In this document: positions 37,214 to 47,560 of the stretch, in pieces | Position numbering within the stretch: the first letter of the stretch is position 1 | Layout of the letters: every line of letters begins with the position of its first letter | NCBI GenBank assembly: GCA_036337435.1 | Contig: JAYZEG010000002.1 | Coordinates: 1-62,202 of the forward strand | DNA length: 62,202 nucleotides | Direction of reading: 5' to 3' | DNA from: Myxococcota bacterium | GTDB lineage: Bacteria > Myxococcota_A > Bradymonadia > UBA7976 > UBA1532 | Notes under the pieces: model-generated | What the model was told of the DNA's origin: nothing | The model's input: the letters and a program-made list of their open reading frames with translations, nothing else | Database searches by the model: none | Made by a program: the position numbers and the translations under genes

Positions 37214-38335
37214 ATGCTGGAATCCGAGCTCTTAGGACAAAGTGATCCGCTTATCGGGCATGCCATCGCCGAGCGGTATCAGGTGAAAAGTGTTGTCGGA
37301 GAAGGCGGGATGGGCACCGTCTACCGAGCCGTTCAGGAACCCATCGGGCGAGAAGTGGCTGTCAAAGTACTGCTACCCGAACTGATCAACGATTCTCTCA
37401 AGTTGAAACGGTTCGTGAACGAGGCACGAATTCTGAGCGGCCTTCGCCATCCCCATACCGTCTCACTGATCGATTGTGGACGGCTTCGAGATGGGCGTCT
37501 CTTTATCGTGATGGATTATGTCCATGGGGGTACGCTGCGCGACCTCATGGATAAGGGCCGGCTGTCGCAGGTGGCTGCCCTCAAGATCACACGACAAATT
37601 CTCCAATCTTTGGCCGAAGCGCACGCGCATGGGATTATTCACCGTGATCTCAAGCCAGCAAACGTTTTGCTAGACGAGGTACAAAGCGAAGACTTCGTCA
37701 TACGAGTCGCAGATTTTGGGATTGCCAAACTCGATGGTGATGAGCGCTTGTTGGGAATCGCGCCAACCAATGCGAACGCCAAATCGGGATTCGGCCCCCA
37801 AGCCCACATCGCGACATCGCCGGGTATACGCCTGGGTACGCCCGCCTATATCGCGCCTGAGCAAGCATTCGCAAAGGAAATTGACGCACGGACCGATCTG
37901 TATTCGGTCGGCATCATGCTTTTCGAAATGTTAACAGGGCATCAACCCTTCAAATCAGACACAGAGCGCGGCCTTTGCCTCGAGCATCTGCACACGGCAC
38001 CCAAACCCATCAATTCGGTGAATACGCAGCTTGAGATTGAGAAAGACATAGAGCAATTACTACTTTCGCTGATGTCGAAAGACCGACTGGCGCGACCCGA
38101 GAGCGCAAAGGTCGTCATCAAAGCTATCGACCGAGTCCTTGTGCGGATTGCGCCTGCCAGTGGTCCAACCGCGCCCATCCCCAAGGTTCTCCCCGCGGTC
38201 ACACGACCCAAGACCCTGACCATCGATGCGCCCATCGAGTTTACAAGGTCGCCGATTCCCCCGTGGATTTGGGGCTTGGTATTTGGAATCACAATCGGGG
38301 CCGGATTGGGTTGGCTTATCTTAAGGAACGCCTAG
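37214..38335 (+). CDS. Hanks-type Ser/Thr protein kinase with a C-terminal TM helix
   Basis: GEGGMG, VAVK, HRDLKPAN, DFG, GTPAYIAPEQ and a hydrophobic C-terminus. Confidence 0.95.
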   Translation: MLESELLGQSDPLIGHAIAERYQVKSVVGEGGMGTVYRAVQEPIGREVAVKVLLPELINDSLKLKRFVNEARILSGLRHPHTVSLIDCGRLRDGRLFIVMDYVHGGTLRDLMDKGRLSQVAALKITRQILQSLAEAHAHGIIHRDLKPANVLLDEVQSEDFVIRVADFGIAKLDGDERLLGIAPTNANAKSGFGPQAHIATSPGIRLGTPAYIAPEQAFAKEIDARTDLYSVGIMLFEMLTGHQPFKSDTERGLCLEHLHTAPKPINSVNTQLEIEKDIEQLLLSLMSKDRLARPESAKVVIKAIDRVLVRIAPASGPTAPIPKVLPAVTRPKTLTIDAPIEFTRSPIPPWIWGLVFGITIGAGLGWLILRNA

Positions 38336-39948
38336 TCGACGCGTTTCAGGATGACGAATTCCACTCGCCTGGATAGCCGAGCCGCCACCGGGCTTTTGCC
38401 ATCGCCCACAAGTTTATCTTTTCCGTGCCCCAAGGCTTCGAGCCTGTTTGCAGTTACGCCACTTTGAACGAGGTAGTTCATAACCGACTCCGCCCGTGCC
38501 TGCGCAAGTTTCTGGTTGAATGCCTCGCCCCCGAAAGCATCGGTGTGACCTTCAATGCGAATTTTCGCCAGGTTGGGACGCTGAATAATCGCGGTCGCAA
38601 TGCGATCGAGGATCGGATAACTTTGTGTCTGAATTGTTGACTTCGCTGTCTCGAAGTAAATCTTATCTAAATGTCTAATTCGATGTTGCTCCACGATGAT
38701 TCTCTCGTCATCGGGACAGCCATCTCCGTCAGCGTACCCGTTTCGATTTTCTGCATGGGCAGGGCAGCGGTCATCGGCATCCAAAACACCATCTCTATCG
38801 TTGTCCGGATCAGGACACCCGTCCTCATCTTGGAATCCATCCAAATCCTCTGGATGAGATGGACACCGGTCCTGAGGGTCCAACAATCCATCTTGGTCAT
38901 TGTCTTTATCAGGACACCCATCCGCATCTTGAAAGCCGTCTCTATCTTCTGGCAGCTGGGGGCATGCGTCCGCATTGTCTCTCACGCCGTCCTCATCCTC
39001 ATCAGACAAACTGACCACGTAATGACCGCCGCCACCACCACGACCGCTCATCGACCAGCTGAGACCACCCACGACACGGAATTCAGGCGAACTAAATTCG
39101 TCGTTGAGCCCCCCGCCAATCCCCATTGAGAACGCAAGGTCATTGCCTCCAAAGAGCCTGAAGCCGGCCAGAGCTTCAATGGGTGCAGGTCCGTCAGAAT
39201 TGTCTCTAAATTCTTTAAACTGCGATCCAAAGACATCAATGAGCAATTCAAACTGATTTGGATACGGACGGAAACCGATGCCTACAGACCAATACGTCCC
39301 AGCATCGAGAGCCAATGGAGGTAACTGTTCTGGCCGAGTCGGAAGCCAGCGGTAGCCGATATTTGTACTCAGACGCCAAAAAGTCTGCTGAATCTCGAAG
39401 GCAAGAGTAGGCTTCACTGAGAATTGCCGCGACGAAAACTCATGTTCGTCCCCAGCAGTTGGGAAATGCATGGGTAGACTTAAAGAAACGCCAAATCCTT
39501 GCCTGCGCTTCGCCCCCAAAAGTAGGAGTTTCGATGACACCCTCAGGTCGCCGACACCAGACCCGTCATCGACATCCAGTTCACTGGGTGTCGTGGCATG
39601 AGCTACAGGCAATGAAAAACCGACTTCAAGCCGTTCGCTCAGTGCCCAGGATGCCAAAAACTCTGCGGTCGTCAGGTCCGTTACAACGGTCTCAATGATG
39701 CGCCCAAATTGATCCCGCCTGACCAACGGATTGCTGGCATAGTGAATTTGAACGCCTGTGAGCAGGCGTCCCTGAGGCCCCACCTTGGTACCGTGGGTCG
39801 AGAAATAGTTTGAGCCGCCAATCGCGGGGCGATAGTGCTGCAGGTCTTGAGCGTGTGCGATGCCGGCATGAAGAGTGCCAAGCAGTAGATAAACTGACGC
39901 TATCCAGACCAGCGCATGCGCCACTTCATTGCTCGTCATTCTGCCCAT
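38332..39948 (-). CDS. OmpA-family outer-membrane protein: beta-barrel, TSP3 Ca-binding repeats and OmpA-C domain (TraB-like architecture)
   Basis: Signal peptide AHA-Q, amphipathic strands, D.D.DG..D..D.CP...ED.DGFQD.DGCPD repeats, IEGHTD, N..L...RA, RRVEF. Confidence 0.92.
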   Translation of the reverse strand: MGRMTSNEVAHALVWIASVYLLLGTLHAGIAHAQDLQHYRPAIGGSNYFSTHGTKVGPQGRLLTGVQIHYASNPLVRRDQFGRIIETVVTDLTTAEFLASWALSERLEVGFSLPVAHATTPSELDVDDGSGVGDLRVSSKLLLLGAKRRQGFGVSLSLPMHFPTAGDEHEFSSRQFSVKPTLAFEIQQTFWRLSTNIGYRWLPTRPEQLPPLALDAGTYWSVGIGFRPYPNQFELLIDVFGSQFKEFRDNSDGPAPIEALAGFRLFGGNDLAFSMGIGGGLNDEFSSPEFRVVGGLSWSMSGRGGGGGHYVVSLSDEDEDGVRDNADACPQLPEDRDGFQDADGCPDKDNDQDGLLDPQDRCPSHPEDLDGFQDEDGCPDPDNDRDGVLDADDRCPAHAENRNGYADGDGCPDDERIIVEQHRIRHLDKIYFETAKSTIQTQSYPILDRIATAIIQRPNLAKIRIEGHTDAFGGEAFNQKLAQARAESVMNYLVQSGVTANRLEALGHGKDKLVGDGKSPVAARLSRRVEFVILKRVD

Positions 39949-40254
39949 AAACCTATTCCGTATGCCAGACGTCTCCTAGTCTACAACAGGGTAACCGCTC
40001 TGTTCACGGCAGCTAAGAAAAAGATCTGATCGGCACGATAAGGTGCTTTTGACGCATTGGAGTGAAGGTAAGGCCCAATTTTGAACAACAAACACAGCCA
40101 AGAGGATGTTTCAATTGATTGGTCCAGGGTGCCTCTTCCCAGTGATGAAGCCGATTTACACGGACCGGCTTTTAATCGAGGTATGTCGCCAATAGTTGAA
40201 AGAGCTTCGGTCATCAGATAGCGTGATCGCTTGAATTCAAATGAGGCATTCCAA

Positions 40255-43200
40255 ATGACCCATCGAGTCTCTGTATCAATGGTAAGCATAGCCCTCCTGC
40301 TCTCGGCCGCTTGCCAGGATCCTGATAACCGGACCGCTGGCGGAAACGTCGTGATCAATCTCGACTCATCGTTCCCTGTCGACATGGCTCAAGCGAATCA
40401 TACCGATGATGGGGAGACATCTGATCTGAGCACACTGGCCGACCCGCCAGATGCAGAGTTTGATACCGATGCCCATGACCCAGCTGATCAGTCCGTTCTA
40501 GACCTTGGATCACGCTTACTCGACTCATCAACCCAACCCGATGCAAGTCAAAATATGCAACATCAATGCGGGCCTTATGATTTAAGTGATTTAAATCAGG
40601 AGCAACTGACAGAGACCACTTGGCTTCTTCGAGGCGTCGTCGGCGTTGACCGCTTTGCCAATGGATCATGCGCTGGCTCCGGTGCCGAAACGGTCATTCC
40701 CTGGACAGCCCCATTGGATGGAGTCTATACCTTTTCAACAGTGTCAAAGGCCGAATTTGATACGACCCTGTACGCGCGCACGACCTGCCTTGATCCCAAT
40801 TCTGAACTTGACTGCAATGATGATTCCATCGGACTACAGAGTACAATTATTGTTCAAATCAACGCAGGCCGCACCATCTATTTATTCATCGACGCCTGGG
40901 CTGGTGGTGAGAATCAGCCATTCGAAGTGGCTGTTTTCAGGGCAGCGGTCGATGAACCGCCAAGCGTCACTCAACTCATCGCCAACCGAATTGGCGATTC
41001 CGAAATCGCTGTCGCATATGAGGGTCGAGATGCCAACGCAGATGCACGCTTTGCTGTGGTCGCACTTGGCGATGAACAAGCACCATCCGATGAATTTAGC
41101 CAAACTCTCGTCCAAGAGATCTTCGGTCTACAAACGTTTACGGGGACGCTTAGAATTCAGAATCCGAACGAACAATTAGCTAGTCATTTGTGGCTGAGTC
41201 TAAGAGATTGGAGCGGTCAGGTCGGAGAGTCAGTTCAGGTTCAAATTGGCGAACGAGTCATTCGTGAGATTGGTGAGGACTGCGACTCAGAAAACATTGA
41301 AACGGTCTGTGTTGATGGGACTTTCTGCCCTCCAAATGCAGGTGACCTCCAACCGATTTGCTCAGAACCCACTCGACCAGAGATCAGAGATGCAAATATC
41401 TGGAGGCGTGATATTGGCGCGACAATTCGTTTAAGTGGTCTCGATGAAACCCGCGATGTCACCAGCGTCCAGCTCACACCGAAAGAGATTAACGGTGCTG
41501 TTGAGGGTCCCAGCCAAACACGGCTCCCATTGGAGTCTGTTCGCGGTTCACAAGAATTTGAATTTATCGCTTTGTCTGAGACATTATTGAGCCCCACAAC
41601 TCACTCAGCCGACATGGTTCTCATCGACAGTCAAGGCCTGATGTCGGAGCCCGTAAACGTCCTGATCACAGATTTGCCCATCGGGGGAGCGGGAGATCAA
41701 TGCGACCCCTTTGAAAGGCTAAATCGATGTGCCGACGGCCTCGCATGTCTTGACAGCGACATGGGCTATCAATGTCAGGAAATTACAGCCCCCGTCATCG
41801 ACCGTGCCACCGTGAGTTTTAACCCAGCCTTGGGTACGGTTGGTGTCCGCGTATTTGGGCAAGAGTTGGACCAGGATCTCGCCTCTTTCACCGTGGTTTT
41901 CCGCAGTGCTGATAATTCCGTGATCGGGGAAATTAACCGTTCACCATTTAGGCAAATCGAATACAGAAACGGAGTTGATTTTGAGGCGACTTGGTCTGGT
42001 CGGAGTCGTTTAGACCTTGACGTGGGAACCCACGCGATTCTCACTCTCTTCGATCGATTAGACCTCGCGAGTGATACCGAAAACATACCCGTGACGGCAC
42101 CCTTGGTAGCCGATGCCAATCGCCTATGCGATCCATATTGGGCACTCAACCAATGTGCACCCGGAACAGGGTGCTTTGACCGAATCGGAAGCGGTGAATT
42201 TCGATGCGTAGCGGTCGCTGCGCCAAACGTTGAAAGTGCTGCCCTCTGGTATAATCTTGAAACGGACGGCATTGGCATTCGGCTTCAGGGCACAGACCAA
42301 GATTCCGATGTAATTGGATTCCAGCTCGAATTATTCGACGTTCGAGGAGAGCCTTTACTAAACCCAGACAATGGCACTCCATTTAGACTCCAATTCGACT
42401 CACTGACCCAGTTTGCTGGCACTTTCACAGGCGTGACCTCTTTTCTGTATGCCGACCTAATGGCACAGCTGGGCCACCAGGAACCCTACTCACCACCTGC
42501 TCGAGCTCAATTGTCTGCAGTGGATGCAGCACTGCTCGCGAGCGCTCCAATGGATCTGCTGCTCGAGCCACCTCCAATGGTTGCAGACGGCGTCCGCTGC
42601 GATCCCATCGGGGCGACGAATCGATGCGAGCCAAACTCAGCCTGTGTAGACTTTGATCTTGAGGACGGCAATTTACCGCAATGCCTCCGACGGCAGTCAG
42701 CATGTCCTGCTGACGTTGCACCTCAAGATCTGAATGACGGACTTGGCATGAATGGCTGGTCTGTGGATACCGATACCAGAAACGATACGATCGCTACGCG
42801 AGGGTCTTGCTTGAATCGGCTGATGGGGCGCGTGTATCGGTTCATTGCACCAGCCGATGGCTCGTATCGATTCTGGACGGAAGGGGTAGGAGAAGATCCA
42901 ATTCGGACAGCAGGGCTATTGGTACGCAGTGCCTGCGCGTTTCCCGATCAAGAACTGGCGTGTGAGGCGAGCCCACATCCAAGAACAACGGTTGTCATTC
43001 CCCTCGAAGCAGAGCAAAGCGTCTATGTTTTTGCCGGAAAAACCGTCCAGTGGGCAGACGGTGACTTTCGACTACAGGCCGCCCCCCATATCGCGCCAGC
43101 TCTGGGACGGGCGGAAGCGTGGCTAGACCGTACGTCATCTCGGCTTAGTCTAGACGTCGCAGGTCTCGTCGGCAGTGCGCAAGTCACCGAGTTAAAGTAC

Positions 43201-43980
43201 AGTCTTTTCGACCTAGATGGCGAGGTCTTGAGTACACTTAGGCGGACAGAGGCAGCAACCCATCCCCTCGAGGTGTTGGTCGATAATTCGGTCAACCCAG
43301 CCCAATTCTCTGGCGAAGTGAACCTCAGCCTCGACGCAATTTACGACCGGCAAGCCCTTGCCCAAGCACAATTCATCCGTATTCAGGCTATCGACGAATT
43401 CGGAGGGCTGTCTGACGCTCAGGATACTTTTTTTTCACCACCAACCCCCCTCGTCCCAGGCCAAATGTGTGACCCCAGCAGCGCACGCGCGATTTGTCCG
43501 CTCGAGTATGCTTGCTTCGACCCGGCCCCTGATCAGCCTCAGGGACATCAATGCCGGCTCTTCAGCCAAACTTGTCCTGAAGATTGGACCACCATCGTTC
43601 TCAATTCAAACAACCCCGTTGGTCCCTGGTTTCATGATGGCGACCTCGCGCGCGCCGCACCCGCCTTGGAAGCCCATGGCCAACCGACCTGTTCCGCATC
43701 GGCAACGGGTTTTAACGACCTTTTTGAATTCACAGCTGAACGGGCCGGTCGCTACCACTTTTCGACCAGCGGTGATTTAGCAGACACAATTTTATGGGTC
43801 CGATCTGCTTGTTCAGAGCCTGCGCCCATCTTTGAATTAGCCTGTAACGATGACTCGGTTGGTGCGTTTAGTGCCGTCAACATAGACATGACCCAAAATC
43901 AAACCGTTTATGTTTTTGTTGATTCTTATGAAGCCGAGGGACGGGGTCCATACCGACTGACAGCTCGGCTCGATGAGTAA
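40255..43980 (+). CDS. Large modular surface lipoprotein with three PPC-like domains and five [Ig-like + 4-Cys] modules
   Basis: LSAAC lipobox and acidic linker. DT.L..R..C....EL.CNDD-type domains x3 (the middle one divergent). CD(P)....N.C..G..C.......C units x5. Confidence 0.82.
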   Translation: MTHRVSVSMVSIALLLSAACQDPDNRTAGGNVVINLDSSFPVDMAQANHTDDGETSDLSTLADPPDAEFDTDAHDPADQSVLDLGSRLLDSSTQPDASQNMQHQCGPYDLSDLNQEQLTETTWLLRGVVGVDRFANGSCAGSGAETVIPWTAPLDGVYTFSTVSKAEFDTTLYARTTCLDPNSELDCNDDSIGLQSTIIVQINAGRTIYLFIDAWAGGENQPFEVAVFRAAVDEPPSVTQLIANRIGDSEIAVAYEGRDANADARFAVVALGDEQAPSDEFSQTLVQEIFGLQTFTGTLRIQNPNEQLASHLWLSLRDWSGQVGESVQVQIGERVIREIGEDCDSENIETVCVDGTFCPPNAGDLQPICSEPTRPEIRDANIWRRDIGATIRLSGLDETRDVTSVQLTPKEINGAVEGPSQTRLPLESVRGSQEFEFIALSETLLSPTTHSADMVLIDSQGLMSEPVNVLITDLPIGGAGDQCDPFERLNRCADGLACLDSDMGYQCQEITAPVIDRATVSFNPALGTVGVRVFGQELDQDLASFTVVFRSADNSVIGEINRSPFRQIEYRNGVDFEATWSGRSRLDLDVGTHAILTLFDRLDLASDTENIPVTAPLVADANRLCDPYWALNQCAPGTGCFDRIGSGEFRCVAVAAPNVESAALWYNLETDGIGIRLQGTDQDSDVIGFQLELFDVRGEPLLNPDNGTPFRLQFDSLTQFAGTFTGVTSFLYADLMAQLGHQEPYSPPARAQLSAVDAALLASAPMDLLLEPPPMVADGVRCDPIGATNRCEPNSACVDFDLEDGNLPQCLRRQSACPADVAPQDLNDGLGMNGWSVDTDTRNDTIATRGSCLNRLMGRVYRFIAPADGSYRFWTEGVGEDPIRTAGLLVRSACAFPDQELACEASPHPRTTVVIPLEAEQSVYVFAGKTVQWADGDFRLQAAPHIAPALGRAEAWLDRTSSRLSLDVAGLVGSAQVTELKYSLFDLDGEVLSTLRRTEAATHPLEVLVDNSVNPAQFSGEVNLSLDAIYDRQALAQAQFIRIQAIDEFGGLSDAQDTFFSPPTPLVPGQMCDPSSARAICPLEYACFDPAPDQPQGHQCRLFSQTCPEDWTTIVLNSNNPVGPWFHDGDLARAAPALEAHGQPTCSASATGFNDLFEFTAERAGRYHFSTSGDLADTILWVRSACSEPAPIFELACNDDSVGAFSAVNIDMTQNQTVYVFVDSYEAEGRGPYRLTARLDE

Positions 43981-44076
43981 ATCAATAGATTGTCTTTTCA
44001 TTTTGTTACAGACATCGCTTGGACAAACCGGTCGCGCTCAGTATGCTGCAAACCAACGGCAACCGAGAGGACAGCA

Positions 44077-45630
44077 TTGAGAATAATTTTTACGGCACTA
44101 TTCCTGAGCCTACTCGCTGGAATAGGCTGTGAGCATTCGACGACACCGGTGGCCGGTCTCACAACGAAATCGCCAACGACTGTCGGCTCAACCGCGCGAC
44201 CGGATATCAACATAAATGAGCGGGGTTCAGCCGCAGTCGGTCCAGATGCAGCAGCAGTCGGTCCAGATGCAGCAGCAGGCAATCCAGATGCAGGGCAGCC
44301 CTCTCGGCGGATTCCAAAAGCCAATACGCCAGATGAAACCGCTGCTCAGGCGACGAGAATGACACCGACGAAACCGGTTAATCGGCAAGCAAACAAGCGG
44401 ATTGATGCCATTTCGAATAATTTAATGACACGGCAAGTAAACCAACGCGCAACGCAGATACAAAACGCTGGTTTGATCGAAAGCAATCAACGCTTAGCGG
44501 CCTATAAATCGACCGCATTTCACAGTGAGATCGTCAAGCTCATGACATACGCGGCAGCTCACACCCTCATGAAGCGACGAGATCACTGGCGCGTCGTTCA
44601 AGCACCCGAATGGAAGCTGCTGCTGAAACGAGTCAGACGGGACTTATCGCAGTATCGGACAAAATCAAAACGCGCAAACGTACGCCTAAACGACATCATG
44701 ATGGCCGTTCTTCACATGCTCGATAAGGATGATCCCTATGAGAGGGCATCGGCCTATGCGCTCGTCGATCATATTTTCAGTGCGCTTGGAGAGCGCTTGC
44801 CTCAGGGCTTTGAGGCACCATTTATCCGCTCGATCGCGGCTCGAATGAGCCTTGCGACATCGGTCCCAGAGCGGACAATGCTCGTCGAGAGTGCTCTTAA
44901 ACATGATCGAGATGGCAACTTATTCGCTTTTGCCATTAGCGTCATTTTAGGAAATAAAGATTGGGCGGTTCGAAAAAAAGCACTCGAAGGTCTCGAACGG
45001 TGCGCAATACGTTACAAGAAATGCAACCTCGCTCCGGTGATGCTGGACTTGATCTATACCCGTCATGAGGACGCACGAACTCGCGGACCACTCATTCTCT
45101 ATGCCGCAGCACTCAAGTACCCAGCCGTCACAAAGTGGTGTACTCCCCATTTAAGTAACAGTCCACTCATGCTGCCGTGTCGAGCCGCTTTGGGCCGCCT
45201 ACAAACAGAAAAGGCGTTTGATTTACTCTATGCATGGCTTGATCAGCGCAAAGACGAGCCGAGTTCAAAACGGCCTCAGAATTATAGTTTCAGGGACGAA
45301 TTCAAGAGCATTATGCCTTTCGCAAATAAACGTTTCGCACGATACAAATTGCCGAAGCTCCTCTACACCGTTCTGGGGCAAGACCTGCGGGATGGTTTTG
45401 CGACGGGCGGCATCGTTCGCATGATGGATCAAATGGAAGATGCAAAGAGAGCCTTACAAATTTTGAAGGCAACGAAGGCCTTCTATAAAGCTAAATTTGC
45501 TGACCGTGTGCTCCACAGAAGTCAACAGTTCCTAATGGATGAGCTTGACGCCATGATTAAGCGGATGAAACCGCGAGCGGTCAAGCAGGACCGCCATGAA
45601 CAGAAAGAAATGATCCGCCCGAGGCAGTAA
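44077..45630 (+). CDS. Lipoprotein with a low-complexity linker and an alpha-helical (HEAT-like) domain
   Basis: GAGAGG RBS before TTG 44077 and LAGIGC lipobox. DPYERASA and DWAVRKKAL HEAT-like motifs. Confidence 0.7.
   Translation: MRIIFTALFLSLLAGIGCEHSTTPVAGLTTKSPTTVGSTARPDININERGSAAVGPDAAAVGPDAAAGNPDAGQPSRRIPKANTPDETAAQATRMTPTKPVNRQANKRIDAISNNLMTRQVNQRATQIQNAGLIESNQRLAAYKSTAFHSEIVKLMTYAAAHTLMKRRDHWRVVQAPEWKLLLKRVRRDLSQYRTKSKRANVRLNDIMMAVLHMLDKDDPYERASAYALVDHIFSALGERLPQGFEAPFIRSIAARMSLATSVPERTMLVESALKHDRDGNLFAFAISVILGNKDWAVRKKALEGLERCAIRYKKCNLAPVMLDLIYTRHEDARTRGPLILYAAALKYPAVTKWCTPHLSNSPLMLPCRAALGRLQTEKAFDLLYAWLDQRKDEPSSKRPQNYSFRDEFKSIMPFANKRFARYKLPKLLYTVLGQDLRDGFATGGIVRMMDQMEDAKRALQILKATKAFYKAKFADRVLHRSQQFLMDELDAMIKRMKPRAVKQDRHEQKEMIRPRQ
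44233..44295 (+). repeat. 21-bp in-frame tandem repeat (two perfect copies, one imperfect)
   Basis: GCAGTCGGTCCAGATGCAGCA x2, then GCAGGCAATCCAGATGCAGGG. Encodes AVGPDAA. Confidence 0.9.
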
Positions 45631-45699
45631 ATGGGTGTTGAATGAATAACGCCGCCTCGGAAACAGCATGGATCCCCACTGCGCTCAAGGAGATCTCCT

Positions 45700-46659
45700 T
45701 TGTCTGGACACCCGAAGAAATTGGATGTTTTCGGAACTCGGGCCACCCAATCTCGTGGATTTTGGGCCGGTCGGGCCGGTTTATTCCTCACCTTGGTCGC
45801 CATGTGCATGGTGGTCGCGCTCTTGGTGGGCTGGATTTTGCTTTGGGTTTATCAACCAAAGCAACCTAATGTTGCCCTCTTGACCTTAGGGTGCATCGCA
45901 TTCGGGTTCGTTTTAGTTTTAATGGCAACGGTTCAATTTCGACTTCGCAGCTACTGGCAATTGCGCCAAAGCCAAGCCGCATATCTCATGGGCATGAGCC
46001 ACACCCTGCGGACACCCGTCGCTTCAATCCGTGCCGCCGCGCAGGCTCTCCAAAATCCAAAGATAACCGAAGATCAGCAAAATCAGTTGCTTCATGGGAT
46101 CGTGCTCGAGACGAGACTACTTGGACTTCGGATTGACAACGTACTGGAGACAGGTCGACTCCAAGTTGAAAGAACGGCATTGCTCAACCAGCCGCTTGAT
46201 TTCAGTAGTTTGGCTCGAAAAGCCCTGGCTACGCCGGCGGAAATCGCAGCCAGCCGAGGCGGACTGTTCGAAACAGAGGTCGATGATGCTCTGACAGTTC
46301 GAGGAGATGCAAGAACTCTAAGGCTTGTAATCGACAACATTCTCGATAACGCAATCAAGTACTGTGATGGCTCACCTAAGGTCACCGTGAGTGTCAAAAA
46401 ACAAGCAGAAAACGTCAGGTTTGACGTTGTTGATAAAGGCATGGGAATGGATCATGCCGAGCTGAATAAGGCATTTAAACGCTTCTGGGGTGGCTCCAGA
46501 AGTCAGTCTGGTTCAGGTCTTGGGCTGTGGTTGGCACGCGCCATTGCCCGTGGTCATGGGGGTGAAGTCACCTTGGTCAACAATACCGACGGGATTGGTT
46601 GTACAGCGTCATTTTCGCTGCCCTTCTACGATGGTGTCGCCCAAAAACGAGGTACCTGA
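45700..46659 (+). CDS. Two-TM sensor histidine kinase (HisKA + HATPase)
   Basis: SHTLRTP H-box, NILDNAIKY, DKGMGM, GSGLGL. AAGGAG RBS before TTG. Confidence 0.93.
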   Translation: MSGHPKKLDVFGTRATQSRGFWAGRAGLFLTLVAMCMVVALLVGWILLWVYQPKQPNVALLTLGCIAFGFVLVLMATVQFRLRSYWQLRQSQAAYLMGMSHTLRTPVASIRAAAQALQNPKITEDQQNQLLHGIVLETRLLGLRIDNVLETGRLQVERTALLNQPLDFSSLARKALATPAEIAASRGGLFETEVDDALTVRGDARTLRLVIDNILDNAIKYCDGSPKVTVSVKKQAENVRFDVVDKGMGMDHAELNKAFKRFWGGSRSQSGSGLGLWLARAIARGHGGEVTLVNNTDGIGCTASFSLPFYDGVAQKRGT

Positions 46660-47343
46660 ATGGCCCGTATTTTAATCATCGAAGACGCAGAGATACTGGG
46701 CATGAGTATTCAGGTCGCTCTCGAAGAGTTTGGTCATGATATTCACTGGTGTCGAAACCTTGAACGGGCGAATCAGGCATTGGAGGCATTCCAACCCGAA
46801 CTGATCATCCTTGACCTAGGACTACCAGATGGTGATGGAACCGATTTCTGTCGTAACCTAAGAGCGACCGGCTCGATCATTCCGTTGATCATTGTCACTG
46901 CTCGAGAAACACTCGCTGCTCGCATAGAAGGCCTGTCCGTGGGCGCCGATGACTATGTCGTCAAGCCCTTCGAGTTGCCCGAACTCGTTGCGAGAGTCAA
47001 CGCGCTTTACCGGAGACAGAAATGGCATGGGCCTGGCGAGATCAGGACAGTTGGTCGGCTCACTGTCGATCTAACGCGTCGAATCGCCCTGAGAGATGAC
47101 GAACAGCTGGAATTGACCGACACAGAATTCCGCTTGCTGGCGTACCTGATGTCCCACCCAAATCAACCACTGTCACGGGCTGAATTACTGGTCAACGTGT
47201 GGGGCCAAAGTGGCTCGACCCAAACTCGGACAGTCGACGTATTCATCGGCCGACTCAGACGCTGGGTCGAAGCAGAGCCAAGTCAACCCACCGTGATCAC
47301 AAATGTGAGGGGGTTAGGGTATAGGCTCAGCATGAGCAATTAG
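46660..47343 (+). CDS. OmpR/PhoB family response regulator
   Basis: IED, LDLGLPDGDG, GADDYVVKPF and a winged helix ending VRGLGY. Confidence 0.96.
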   Translation: MARILIIEDAEILGMSIQVALEEFGHDIHWCRNLERANQALEAFQPELIILDLGLPDGDGTDFCRNLRATGSIIPLIIVTARETLAARIEGLSVGADDYVVKPFELPELVARVNALYRRQKWHGPGEIRTVGRLTVDLTRRIALRDDEQLELTDTEFRLLAYLMSHPNQPLSRAELLVNVWGQSGSTQTRTVDVFIGRLRRWVEAEPSQPTVITNVRGLGYRLSMSN

Positions 47344-47463
47344 GCGGAGCCACCGACCCAAAAAAGACTTAAGTCCAGTCGACACAGTCTGTTTACTCAT
47401 TGACGAAGCATCGTCAGCGGCTTGACAACTACCGGTTAGCGAAAGAGTCTAAAAATAACAATA

Positions 47464-47518
47464 AATCAATAATTACGAAACCTTAAACCTTTCACCACCT
47501 TTTGGCATGCAGGTTGCT
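47464..47518 (+). promoter_or_regulatory. Sigma-54 promoter with an upstream IHF-like site
   Basis: TGGCAT-GCAGG-TTGCT at 47503-47518. AATCAA-TAAT-TAC at 47464-47476 (one mismatch to WATCAA-N4-TTR), preceded by an A-tract. Confidence 0.75.
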
Positions 47519-47560
47519 TCTATCCAGATTACCCGCAACAGTGGATGAGGAGTATGGGAC

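Noticed and set aside
40031..40047. CGGCACGATAAGGTGCT as a third sigma-54 promoter
   Set aside because: GG-to-GC spacing is 11 nt, not the required 10.
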